In this document: positions 43,053-52,569 of the stretch, one piece after another | How the letters are laid out: every line of letters starts with the position of its first letter | Numbering within the stretch: position 1 is the stretch's first letter | Origin: a virus | DNA: 64,000 nt | Strand: one strand, 5' to 3' | Virus record (IMG/VR): IMGVR_UViG_3300045988_004573 | Location: 1-64,000 of that record | Made by a program: the position numbers and the translations under genes | The notes under the pieces: generated by a model | The model's database searches: none | Seen by the model: the letters and a program-made list of their open reading frames with translations, nothing else | Told to the model about the DNA's origin: nothing

Positions 43053-43491
43053 TACTAAGGTAGTCTTTGCAGAGATACCTGATGAGATAACTCTTGCCAT
43101 CAATATATCTAATTGTCCATGCCATTGTAAGGGCTGTCATAGTCCTTACTTGGCAGAGGATATAGGTACTGAACTTACTTTCAATGAGTTAAGAAGGTTA
43201 ATCAGGAATAACAGCGGTATTAGCTGTATAGCTTTTATGGGTGGTGATTCTGAGCCAGAGAGAATAGATGCTTTGGCTTCTTTTGTAACCAACCATTATC
43301 AATTGAAGGTAGCTTGGTATAGTGGTAGACAAGAGCTTAGTAAGGATATTGAGCTTAGGAACTTTGACTACATTAAACTTGGTCCATATATAGAGGAACT
43401 GGGTCCATTGAGTAGTAGGACTACCAACCAAAGACTCTATAGAGTAGAGAAAGAAGTGTTAATAGATATAACAAATAAGTTTTGGAAATGA
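43036..43491 (+). CDS. nrdG: NrdD-activating radical SAM enzyme
   Basis: CPCHCKGCHSPY (CxxxCxxC), FMGGDS; immediately downstream of nrdD. Confidence 0.8.
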   Translation: MLKYVDTKVVFAEIPDEITLAINISNCPCHCKGCHSPYLAEDIGTELTFNELRRLIRNNSGISCIAFMGGDSEPERIDALASFVTNHYQLKVAWYSGRQELSKDIELRNFDYIKLGPYIEELGPLSSRTTNQRLYRVEKEVLIDITNKFWK

Positions 43492-43955
43492 AGATAAAAG
43501 TAAAAGAAATAACTGAGGGGTGCTTCCCTGTAAGGTCTAATGGTTCAGCATCAGATTGCTATGACCTGTTCCTTGCAGAGGATGTAACACTCAAGAAAGG
43601 TGAAATATATGTAGCCAAGCTGGGAGTAGCTATGGAGATGCCTAAGGGTATCATAGCTAGAGTATATAGCAGAAGCAGCTCTCCCAGTAAGTTAGGTATA
43701 GGAGTAGCCAATGGGTTAGGATTCATTGATACTGTCTATTGTGGAGACAATGACGAGTGGAAATGTCCTATCATAGCATATAAGGCTGTAACTATACCCA
43801 AAGGCACAAGAGTATGCCAGTTTGAGGTAGCTCCCTCACAGTTTGCCAAATGGCATCAGAAACTGAGATGGCTATTAACTACTCCTCTTCTGGAGCAGGT
43901 TGACCACCTTGGTAATGTAGATAGAGGGGGTATTGGGACTACTGGTACTAATTAA
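43482..43955 (+). CDS. dut: dUTPase
   Basis: SRSS motif and GLGFIDTVYCGD (G.ID..Y.G) motif. Confidence 0.8.
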   Translation: MEMKIKVKEITEGCFPVRSNGSASDCYDLFLAEDVTLKKGEIYVAKLGVAMEMPKGIIARVYSRSSSPSKLGIGVANGLGFIDTVYCGDNDEWKCPIIAYKAVTIPKGTRVCQFEVAPSQFAKWHQKLRWLLTTPLLEQVDHLGNVDRGGIGTTGTN

Positions 43956-43969
43956 AACAAGTATGGAAC

Positions 43970-44470
43970 ATGGAATTTGTATTGAAAATAGTGTTTGTGT
44001 TGCTACTAGTAGGCATTGCTGCCATAGTAGCACATTTCGTTGATTTGGCTAGGAAGAAGATTTCCTATGATAGGATGTCATTCAGAGAGACTATGGACTT
44101 ATGTGAGCTTCCCATAGTAACATTTATGAATAATGGAAAGAAATTGAATTTCCTCTTGGACACTGGTGCAAGTAAATCTGTTATTCATAGTGGGGCTTTG
44201 GATGGGCTTACTTATAAGAGCCTCAATAAGTCTGGTGATGTATATGGTATAGATGGGAAAAGGCAAGATGCCTCATTTATCAGTATGTCTATAGGATATA
44301 GAGGTAAGGATTATAGTGAGGAGTTCCAATCTATTGATATGAGCATCCCATTCAGTAATCTAAAGTCTGACTTTGGTGTTAATCTGCATGGCATTCTGTC
44401 AAGTACTTTCTTTCAGAAGTATAGGTATGTACTGAACTTTGATGAACTGGTAGCTTATTCTATGGTATGA
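43970..44470 (+). CDS. membrane-anchored retropepsin-like aspartic protease
   Basis: N-terminal TM helix, then FLLDTGASKSVI (DTGA active-site motif). Confidence 0.6.
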   Translation: MEFVLKIVFVLLLVGIAAIVAHFVDLARKKISYDRMSFRETMDLCELPIVTFMNNGKKLNFLLDTGASKSVIHSGALDGLTYKSLNKSGDVYGIDGKRQDASFISMSIGYRGKDYSEEFQSIDMSIPFSNLKSDFGVNLHGILSSTFFQKYRYVLNFDELVAYSMV

Positions 44471-44736
44471 AAGACTTGATTAAACTTAAGTCAAGAGGCT
44501 ATGAGGAGAACTACTTGAAGAAGCTAAAGAAACCTGATGGTTCAGAGTCAAAGACTTATGTACTCAAGGTATCTACTCCCTATCTTAGATGTGGGGAAGT
44601 GGAAGGAGGCAGAAAGTTCATTGACCTATCAGGGGGTCCTATGATTGTAGTAGGTGCTTATCTTGAGGAAGCTGAGGCAGTAGTCAAATCAATAGACTTC
44701 ACTGTAGGTTATGGCTACACTATAACATTTGAGTAA
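44467..44736 (+). CDS. hypothetical protein
   Basis: 89-aa ORF with 4-nt overlap. Confidence 0.45.
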   Translation: MKDLIKLKSRGYEENYLKKLKKPDGSESKTYVLKVSTPYLRCGEVEGGRKFIDLSGGPMIVVGAYLEEAEAVVKSIDFTVGYGYTITFE

Positions 44737-46857
44737 TGGATGAGTGGTTTGAAGAAGGAAAGCATGAAGCTATCAAGTACTATGGTGAGCAGATATACTA
44801 TGTGTCTGGAGTTGCAAACTTATTTAGTGATGCAGAGATAGGATGTCCTTATAAGAATATATCAGTAAGGGAATCACTGGAGCTTCTCAGTACACTAAAG
44901 GTTGTAGGATTGGATAGTGAGACTAGAGGTACAGAGATATGGCAAGGTCAGCTGCTGTTACTTCAATTAGGTAACAAGCACTTTCAAGTAGTCATTGACT
45001 GTACCACTGTAGATGTCAAGCTATACAAGGAGTTCCTTGAGAGTGATAGGCTTTTCATAATTCATAATGCCAAGTTTGACCTAAGATGGTTATATAAGGA
45101 GGGTATTGTAATCAGAAATGTATTTGATACTTTCCTTGCAGAGAAGATACTGTTCCTGGGATTTCCACCAGGAATAGTGTCACTCAGCTTGCAGGCTTGT
45201 TGTGACAGGTATCTTAATGTCTACCTTGACAAGACAGTCAGAGGTAAGATTAACTATGGTGTCACTGATGAGGTAATAATCTATTCAGCCAATGATGTTG
45301 TGTTCCTTGAAGATGTCATGGAAGCACAGTTAAAGCAGATAGAGGCTAGAGGTCAGAGAGTCGCCTTAGAGATAGAGAACAGGTTTGTGAGAGTATTGGC
45401 TTATATTGAGTTCTGTGGTATAAGGCTTGACATTGAAAGGTGGAAAGCCAAGATGGTTAAGGATGCTGAAAGGCTGAGAGTAGCAGAGCAGAAACTCAAT
45501 GATTGGGTTGTAGAGTATGTGATGTCCAAAGGAGACACAGATGCTATAGCCTATGATGTTCAGACTAAGAGAGGAAAGGTAAAGAGAGCTAAGGGTACTA
45601 TAGGTAAGTATGTAGCTATAGACCCACAGCAGAACCTCTTTGAGGAGAACAAGCCAAGATGTATCATCAACTGGAACAGTAACAAGCAGGTTATACCATT
45701 GTTTGAGGAGTTAGGGTTCAATGTATGGGCTAAAGACAAGAAGACTGGAAAGATGAAGAAGTCAGTAGACTCAAAGCTGCTTAAACAGCAGTTGGATAAG
45801 AGTCCTCTGGCTAAGTTATATCTTGATTACTCTGGTGAGTTCAAGGTAGTTACTTCATTTGGTCAGAACTTCTTGGATGCAGTCAATCCTGTTACAGGGA
45901 GAATACACCCTACATTCAATCAGATGATGGACACTGGCAGGTTGAGTTGTGGTAAAGGAGGAAAGAAAGGTGGAGGTAAGACTAAGGATGATGACTTTGC
46001 TGAGGAAGAGCAGACTGAGCAGGATGCTGATGTTATCATAGCAGTAGATAAGAGTGTGAATGTTCAGCAGTTGCCATCTGATGCAGAGACTAGAGCTTGC
46101 TTCATACCTGATAAAGACCACATGCTAGTTGATTGTGATTATGGAGACCAAGAAGGTCATGTCTTTACTGAGTTAAGTCAGGATAAGGCATGGATTGATT
46201 TCTATAATGACCCCAATGAGAGAGATGGTCACTCCTTTGTAGCCAAGATGATATTCTCTGATGAGCTAAAGGATATACCAGAGAAGGAAGTAAAGAAGAA
46301 GAGGAAAGACTTGAGGGATGCTGCAAAGCCAGCAAGGTTTACCTTTAATTATAATGGGACAGCCAATGCCTTAGCAGCTAACACAGGTAAGTCTCTTGAG
46401 TTCTGTGAGTTGTGCTTTAAGAAGTACTTCTCAGCATTCAAAGGTATAGCCAGCTACTTTAGAGTGAGTAAGGCTAATATGTGGAAAAGAGGTTATATCC
46501 TAATCTCAAAGTACACTGGACTGAGGGCTTACATCTATGACTATCCTATACTGAAAGGCATAGAGAGAAGAATCAAGAGAATGGGTCAGGAGTTCTGGGA
46601 TTCCTATAGGAAAGCCAGAGACTCTGGTCAAGTCATTGATGATGTCCCTGCTGTGGTTCTTCAACAGATGGCAAGGAAGTTTGCCAATGGAGAACCTATG
46701 GAGGCTATTGCTATAAGGTATGAGTATAAGGTCAAGAAGGGTAAGAAGATTGAGACAAAGTATATTGATATTAACAGGGAAACTGTATTGATTAAACTCT
46801 GGAAGCATCTGGCAAAGAGAAGGTCATCATCTGAGAACCAGTCCTGTAACTATCCCT
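44736..46857 (+). CDS. family A DNA polymerase, exon 1
   Basis: Exo I GLDSET, Exo II IHNAKFDLRWL, Exo III YSANDV; pol motif A VDCDYGDQE; motif B RDAAKPARFTFNYNG; the reading frame leaves the PolA consensus after ..NQSCNYP. Confidence 0.85.
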
Positions 46858-47081
46858 TAATTGTGGGGGCATATAGTGGTGACATTATATGAAAACTCAG
46901 TGAATTGCTGGAAGGCTAAGGAGAAATCTATGCTAATCAGCAGCCAAGACTTGTAGAAATGCAAGTAAGGTTCAGAGACTAATCAAAGTAAGCTAAGGAG
47001 AAATCTATGCTGAAATGGGCAAGAGTGCTGAGTATCTCTTAATTATTTATTTACCCTATTGGATAATTAAGAAATAATTTG

Positions 47082-47089
47082 TATCTTTG
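47082..47089 (+). promoter_or_regulatory. TAnnTTTG box (TATCTTTG) upstream of the intron HNH ORF
   Basis: 25 nt before the 47115 start, inside the intron. Confidence 0.35.
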
Positions 47090-47114
47090 TACTATAAATT
47101 AAAGATAACAAATT

Positions 47115-47690
47115 ATGAAGAGATGTTCAAGTTGTGGTAAGTTAAAGGATGAATCAGAGTTTTATCATTATAAGTCATCAAAGGATGGCTTGACTCACCA
47201 GTGTAAGCAATGTATGTCTGAATATAGGGCTTCTAAAAGAGAGCATTATAAAGAGTATATGGCTTATAGGAGAGAGGTGGATAATGAAACTATAAAAGCT
47301 AATAGGAGAAAGCATTATAGGAATCATCCTGAGAGTAGAATGTTAATGGCAGCCAAGCAAAGAGCTAAGAATCAAGGATTAGAATTTAACTTGACTATAG
47401 ATGATATAGTCATCCCTGATAAATGCCCTTTGTTAGAAGTTCCTTTTGTTGCTGGAGAAAAAGGTAATTATGAATATACACCCTCCCTTGATAGAATAGA
47501 CCCTACTAAGGGATATATTAAAGGGAATGTATGGGTAATTACTAAAAGAGCAAATACAATGAAGAATAATGCAACAAGGGAGGAATTATTAAAGTTTGCT
47601 GATAACATCTATAAATATTTTGGAGATAATGATATAGTCCAACCTATTGAGAAATCAATAGAACTACAGGATAAAGAGCCTGTAGGGTAA
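47115..47690 (+). CDS. intron-encoded HNH-family homing endonuclease
   Basis: Cys-rich N-terminus CSSCGK..CKQC; SLDRIDPTKGYIKGNVWVITKRANTMKNN; paralog of 52570..53115. Confidence 0.8.
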   Translation: MKRCSSCGKLKDESEFYHYKSSKDGLTHQCKQCMSEYRASKREHYKEYMAYRREVDNETIKANRRKHYRNHPESRMLMAAKQRAKNQGLEFNLTIDDIVIPDKCPLLEVPFVAGEKGNYEYTPSLDRIDPTKGYIKGNVWVITKRANTMKNNATREELLKFADNIYKYFGDNDIVQPIEKSIELQDKEPVG

Positions 47691-47699
47691 TAAATATTG

Positions 47700-47953
47700 C
47701 ACAAGGTACAGCAGCAGCTATGACTAAGATTGCTGGTATAATGTACTTTGACTACTTGGTAGAGTCAGGACTTATATTCAAGGTATTGATACCTAATGAT
47801 GTCCATGATGAGTATCTGATAGAACCACCTACTGATATAGCTGAACAGGAAGCTAGGAAACTTAGTGAATGTATGGAAGCATCAGCAGCTATGTTCTGTC
47901 AGTCAGTCAAGATTAAGGCAGTTCCTGAAATTGCAGACCATTGGGTGCATTAA
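47700..47953 (+). CDS. family A DNA polymerase, exon 2
   Basis: (S)QGTAAAMTKIAG... and the motif C DVHDEYLIE; the frame joins exon 1 through the split codon T/CA. Confidence 0.75.
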
Positions 47954-47956
47954 ACT

Positions 47957-48286
47957 ATGGAAGCTTGGAGAATAGCTATTCCTATAGCAGTATTCATATT
48001 ATGTACTATAGGTGCATGGTATGCAATAAAGCTAAGGTGGAAAGAGCTGAGAGACAGAATGTATGTATATCCTAAGAATGGTCATCAATATATGCCACTT
48101 TATAGATGCAGGATGAAATGTCCTGCATCTGGTGAGTGGTTTGATGCACTAATCTATCAGGATTGCAAGACTGAGAACCTGTATGTTAGGGATAGGAAGG
48201 ACTTCCTTGACAAGTTTGTTAAACTAACTGAATGGGAAAATGACAAGGGAAGAGGCAGTAATGGGCTTGATACTCATAGTGATTAG
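47957..48286 (+). CDS. membrane-anchored hypothetical protein
   Basis: 109 aa with an N-terminal TM helix. Confidence 0.45.
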   Translation: MEAWRIAIPIAVFILCTIGAWYAIKLRWKELRDRMYVYPKNGHQYMPLYRCRMKCPASGEWFDALIYQDCKTENLYVRDRKDFLDKFVKLTEWENDKGRGSNGLDTHSD

Positions 48287-48342
48287 TACATTATATGGAG
48301 TGGCAAGCTATTACTATAGTAAACAGTTAAATAAGTATAAGA

Positions 48343-48768
48343 ATGGAAACAACAGTAAACAAGGAGTATCAGAAACTGATTGATATTGTCAAGTCAGTGA
48401 GGGATATGGCTAGCCTTAGTCCTGAAATGTGTACTAGGCTCAAGACAGTAGAGCAGGGTCTTATGAACTTAGGCTCAAGACCTATGCTATCTGATAATGT
48501 GCAGTCCTTTATGGACATAGCCACTAATATGGCTAAGACTTATGCAGCTAAGAACCATGACTATGGTAACTCATTTGAGCAGTCCTGCAATAAGTTTGGC
48601 ATCATAGCATCAGTGGTAAGACTAGGAGACAAGATGAATAGGATTGAGTCTTTAGCTGTCAAGAAAGCTGAGGTTAAAGATGAGTCTATCAAAGATACTC
48701 TTCTGGACCTTGCTAACTATGCTATTATGACTGTAATGTGGTTAAATCAGCAACCTAAAGAGGAATAA
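48343..48768 (+). CDS. DUF1599-like (nucleotide-modification-associated domain) protein
   Basis: KNHDYGNSFEQ...VVRLGDKMNRIESL pattern, recalled from phage DUF1599 proteins. Confidence 0.45.
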   Translation: METTVNKEYQKLIDIVKSVRDMASLSPEMCTRLKTVEQGLMNLGSRPMLSDNVQSFMDIATNMAKTYAAKNHDYGNSFEQSCNKFGIIASVVRLGDKMNRIESLAVKKAEVKDESIKDTLLDLANYAIMTVMWLNQQPKEE

Positions 48769-48770
48769 GC

Positions 48771-49196
48771 ATGGTAATAGCAGTAGACTTTGATGGAACT
48801 TGTGTAACACATGAGTTCCCCAATGTGGGTAAAGATATAGGTGCAGTACCTGTATTGAAGAGACTTGTAGAGAAGGGTCATCATATCATCCTCCATACTA
48901 TGAGAAGTCATAGCAATGGGGAGATTGGCAACTTTGACAAGAATGGCAATCCTATTGAGAGAGATACTTTACAGGATGCTATTGACTGGTTCAAGAAGAA
49001 TGATATTCCTTTGCTTGGAGTCAATGAGAACCCTACTCAGAAGAGATGGACTTCCTCACCCAAGATATTTGCTCATCTGTATATAGATGATGCAGCTCTT
49101 GGAGTACCACTTAAGAGAGACCCTCAGCTAAGTGACAGGCTCTATGTGGATTGGGAGAAAGTGTTGAACTGGTTAGTAATAAGCGGAATGTTATGA
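48771..49196 (+). CDS. HAD-superfamily phosphatase (nucleotidase-like)
   Basis: N-terminal IAVDFDGTCV (DxDGT). Confidence 0.6.
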   Translation: MVIAVDFDGTCVTHEFPNVGKDIGAVPVLKRLVEKGHHIILHTMRSHSNGEIGNFDKNGNPIERDTLQDAIDWFKKNDIPLLGVNENPTQKRWTSSPKIFAHLYIDDAALGVPLKRDPQLSDRLYVDWEKVLNWLVISGML

Positions 49197-49504
49197 CACA
49201 GAGAGGAATTTATGCAGCACCTTGTCAGACTGCCCCTAACAGAGATAGGGTAGATACAAGTGTAGTTGCTTGTAAAGAGATGAGACTCTGGATTGTAGAG
49301 TTCAGTATTAAGGATATAGGTAATGGATGTGCAGTTGTAAAGGCTGATAATCCTAAGCAAGCTGAGGTACTATTGAAGACTCAAGGTACATTCAATGGCT
49401 TGCCCCACCTGTATAGTATCACTCGTATAGAGGAGATTATACCTTCACCTGACTCTATGTTAATCTGTGAGCAGTTAGCAACCAATGTAAAAGATTTGAA
49501 TTGA
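49193..49504 (+). CDS. hypothetical protein (start trimmed to the ATGA overlap)
   Basis: the track ORF starts at 49151 inside the upstream gene; the ATG at 49193 overlaps the upstream stop. Confidence 0.4.
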   Translation: MTQRGIYAAPCQTAPNRDRVDTSVVACKEMRLWIVEFSIKDIGNGCAVVKADNPKQAEVLLKTQGTFNGLPHLYSITRIEEIIPSPDSMLICEQLATNVKDLN

Positions 49505-49505
49505 C

Positions 49506-50045
49506 ATGAACAAGAAGTTAAGATTACTCTTAACTACTAGGTGTCCTAATAAATGTCCCATGTGTTGTAATAACTCATGGGACTTTTCACGACTGCCAGT
49601 AGTTGAGAGATGGGACTATGAGCAGATAATGTTCACTGGAGGTGAGCCTCTGCTCTATCTTGATAAGCTATGTGGATTAGCAGACTCAATAAGAGCTATC
49701 ACTTCTGCTATGGGTACAGAACCAAAGCTCTATGTATATACAGCTTTGTGTGACTGGATGAAACTCAACAGGGTGATTGACCATGTAGATGGTATAGTAC
49801 TCACTCCTCATAGTAAAGAGAGTGCAGAAGCATTCAAGAAGTTCAATGACTTGGTTAATGCCAGCACCATCCTAATCAATAATCCATTGGAGAGTAAATC
49901 ACTCAGGCTTAACTTGTTTCCTGATATTAAGGAGTATCTTAAAGATGAAGACCTCTCAGGATGGCAAGTGAAGGATATGCAGTGGATTAAAGACTGCCCA
50001 GTGCCTGAGGGAGAGGACTTTAGGAGGGTTGCATTACTTTGGTAG
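49506..50045 (+). CDS. small radical SAM protein (second NrdG-sized activase-like enzyme)
   Basis: TTRCPNKCPMCCNN (Cx3Cx2C) and FTGGEPLL. Confidence 0.65.
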   Translation: MNKKLRLLLTTRCPNKCPMCCNNSWDFSRLPVVERWDYEQIMFTGGEPLLYLDKLCGLADSIRAITSAMGTEPKLYVYTALCDWMKLNRVIDHVDGIVLTPHSKESAEAFKKFNDLVNASTILINNPLESKSLRLNLFPDIKEYLKDEDLSGWQVKDMQWIKDCPVPEGEDFRRVALLW

Positions 50046-50047
50046 GT

Positions 50048-50488
50048 ATGAGGCAATATACACAGAGAGAGTTTATCAAGATATGTATAGCTAATGGTTT
50101 CTATTATAGTAGACATAATGGAGACCATGCTATATATGTCAATGATAAAGGAAGGCATATCAGCATCCCATTAAAACTTGAAAGTGTTATTGCAAGAAGA
50201 TTAATCAAAGAGAATAATTTAGAGATAGATATTAAGAAACTTAAAAAGGAAAAGAGGATGAATAATGTACCATTAGGGGCTAATGAAGACCCCAGAGCAC
50301 CTTGGAATGCACCTCTTGATGTAAAATATAAGAGGTTTGTGAGTGTAACCATATCATATTATGATGAGGTTGAATTACCTCCAGATGCAGAGGAGGAACA
50401 GATTAATGAAGCCTTTCATAAAAAGGTAGAAGATGCTGAGTTTCCTAAAGAGTTTGATATTGATGAAGTTGTAGTAATAGATGATTAA
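50048..50488 (+). CDS. HicA-like domain fused to an acidic C-terminal domain
   Basis: REFIKICIANGFYYSRHNGDHAIYVNDKGRHISIPLK...IARRLIKENNL resembles HicA toxins; followed by ~80 additional residues. Confidence 0.5.
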   Translation: MRQYTQREFIKICIANGFYYSRHNGDHAIYVNDKGRHISIPLKLESVIARRLIKENNLEIDIKKLKKEKRMNNVPLGANEDPRAPWNAPLDVKYKRFVSVTISYYDEVELPPDAEEEQINEAFHKKVEDAEFPKEFDIDEVVVIDD

Positions 50489-50491
50489 AAT

Positions 50492-51715
50492 ATGAGATTA
50501 ATTAAACCAAGTTTTTCTATTTGGGACCAACAAGAAGGTCTTGAAGGAATTTACAAACAGATTGAGAGAGCAGGAAGAGTATGTTATAAATCTGAGGATA
50601 AGATAACAGAAGATTCTGCTAAGGACTTTGTAGATAGAATGATTAAATTGGGACATGGTGCTATGTTAGAGCATGGCACTATATACCTCATAATTGATTG
50701 CTCTGGAAGACTGCTCGATGTTGCAAATAAATATGTCAATAACAAGTATTCCGAATGGACTTTACATCCTGACGGAGTACATTACTGCATTACGACTAAC
50801 TATAGAGTACTACTTCAGAATGGTTGGCTTGATGATTTGCAATATTTATGTGAACCTACAGAATATCATGAAAAGAGAGTTACTATACACTTTGTATGTG
50901 ATAGAGGAGTATCCCATGAGTTTGTAAGGCATAGAGTAATGTCTTTTGCTCAAGAGAGTACAAGGTATTGTAACTACTCCAAGGATAAGTTTGGTAATGA
51001 ACTTACCTTTATTATTCCTTGTTGGACTAATTTACCTGAACAAGAATATGGTGATAGAGTTAATCCCAAAGTATTTAATAGAGGAAATACTAATGGTGTA
51101 GAAACAAGTTATGTAGATTCTTTAAGACAGACTGAATATAACTACTTTAACTTACTAAATCAAGGATGGAAGCCTCAACAAGCTAGAGCAGTATTACCTA
51201 ATGCCTTAAAGACAGAGTTAGTAATGACTGGCTTTGTTGATGACTGGTGGGGTGAATATCTTGTTATTGATAAGGCTACAGGTCTTATTGACCAGAGAAT
51301 ACATGGCAAGTTCTATGATGAGCTTAACAATATTGATAGGGATAAGTATAGGGTAGTTGAGAAAGGCTTCTTCCCTCTTAGGTGTTCTAGTGGAGCACAT
51401 CCTCAAGCACAGGAGCTTGCAATACCATTGAGACAGGAATTTATTAACAAAAAAAGATTTGGTAATATGGGAATATTTGGAACTAAAGTAACAACAGAAA
51501 CAGTAGCAAAGCCTACTTTTGCTGAGCAGAAGGCTGCTATTAAGTCAGCCTTCAAGACTGCACATGAGAATGCAAATAATCTTCACTCCCAAATGGAGGA
51601 GGAAATTAAGAGTAAGGAAGCTCAGATAGCTACACTTCAGAGTGATATTGAAACTATCAATGTAACTAAGAAGGAAGCTGAAACTTTCATGGAGAACATC
51701 TCTAAACTCATTTAA
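50492..51715 (+). CDS. thyX: flavin-dependent thymidylate synthase with C-terminal coiled-coil extension
   Basis: ThyX motif RHRVMSFAQESTRY; ARAVLPNALKT; ~70-aa helical tail. Confidence 0.85.
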   Translation: MRLIKPSFSIWDQQEGLEGIYKQIERAGRVCYKSEDKITEDSAKDFVDRMIKLGHGAMLEHGTIYLIIDCSGRLLDVANKYVNNKYSEWTLHPDGVHYCITTNYRVLLQNGWLDDLQYLCEPTEYHEKRVTIHFVCDRGVSHEFVRHRVMSFAQESTRYCNYSKDKFGNELTFIIPCWTNLPEQEYGDRVNPKVFNRGNTNGVETSYVDSLRQTEYNYFNLLNQGWKPQQARAVLPNALKTELVMTGFVDDWWGEYLVIDKATGLIDQRIHGKFYDELNNIDRDKYRVVEKGFFPLRCSSGAHPQAQELAIPLRQEFINKKRFGNMGIFGTKVTTETVAKPTFAEQKAAIKSAFKTAHENANNLHSQMEEEIKSKEAQIATLQSDIETINVTKKEAETFMENISKLI

Positions 51716-51716
51716 T

Positions 51717-51902
51717 ATGGATGAAGTCATAGATGAAACAAACTTACACTTAGAAGTCCAAAAGAGATGCCACAGAGTTCCTTTATATGATACTATTGAG
51801 GAACTAAAAAACCCAACTGGAATACTTGCTGAGGAATATTCAAGAATTATGAAACAATTAAAAGAGAATAAACAATATGAAAACAGGAATTGCAGTAAAT
51901 GA
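51717..51902 (+). CDS. hypothetical small protein
   Basis: 61-aa ORF. Confidence 0.3.
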   Translation: MDEVIDETNLHLEVQKRCHRVPLYDTIEELKNPTGILAEEYSRIMKQLKENKQYENRNCSK

Positions 51903-52497
51903 TGTACTGAGTGAAGTCAGTCACTACAGAGTGATTGGAATCAATGCTGATGATAGTATCAGAGTAGTACATACAGAAAGTGGTGATGTAGTTAATATAG
52001 GCAGAACCTATGTACAGAACTACATCAAGTCAGGTGATAACTTTGTTGAAGAGGTGAAGGTTACTAAAGAGGACAAGAAGGATGGTACTTTAGGGATACG
52101 AAGCATCTTTGAAGGCATCCATTCTGGTCAGGTATTCACCGTGTGCTTTAAGAAGCAGAATAAGCCTAAGAGCAAGAAGAAACTGCAAGAAGAGATTAAT
52201 ACTATCATAGAGCAGTTCTCTAATAGTATTGACTCTATAAAGAACAGTAAGAAGGGGGTTGCAAATGCAGCTAAGAATCTTGTTACTGAACTTGTAGAGA
52301 ATCCTATCCTGCCTTATGAGGAAGGAGAGGAAAGAGTGCTTAGAGGCTATAAGATTCAGTTTGAATCTAGAGATGGCAGGTATGATTGTGTTGATATGGA
52401 TATTACCAAGACTGATAAAGAGTCTGGTATCAGACCAGTTAACATCCTGACTATTAAGTGGCTTATTTATAATGGTATAAAATATATTGTGGAATAA
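51877..52497 (+). CDS. hypothetical protein
   Basis: 206-aa ORF. Confidence 0.5.
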   Translation: MKTGIAVNDVLSEVSHYRVIGINADDSIRVVHTESGDVVNIGRTYVQNYIKSGDNFVEEVKVTKEDKKDGTLGIRSIFEGIHSGQVFTVCFKKQNKPKSKKKLQEEINTIIEQFSNSIDSIKNSKKGVANAAKNLVTELVENPILPYEEGEERVLRGYKIQFESRDGRYDCVDMDITKTDKESGIRPVNILTIKWLIYNGIKYIVE

Positions 52498-52542
52498 GAC
52501 CTACAATTTCACTATAAATTTGCTGGTCTTATTTATTTTATG

Positions 52543-52550
52543 TATTTTTG
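52543..52550 (+). promoter_or_regulatory. TAnnTTTG box (TATTTTTG) upstream of a free-standing HNH gene
   Basis: 19 nt before the ATG at 52570; argues against the track start at 52540. Confidence 0.45.
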
Positions 52551-52569
52551 CATTATAAATAAAACTAGT

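Larger units (their letters stand above)
46858..47699 (+). mobile_element. group I intron (IA-like core) carrying an HNH ORF
   Basis: P1: exon CCCT (46854-57) pairs with GGGG (46865-68) giving a U-G at the splice site; classical P/Q/R/S elements AATTGCTGGAAGG (46903), AATCAGCAGCC (46935), GGTTCAGAGACTAATC (46969), GATATAGTCC (47631); G at 47699 as omega-G; splicing restores N-Y-P-S-Q-G-T-A-A. Confidence 0.8.

Noticed and set aside
48343-51715. A 7-deazaguanine or other hypermodified-base pathway (DUF1599-like + rSAM + ThyX block).
   Set aside because: No QueC/QueD/FolE/DpdA-like or glycosyl/methyl-transferase ORFs were recognised; the evidence is limited to generic nucleotide-metabolism genes.
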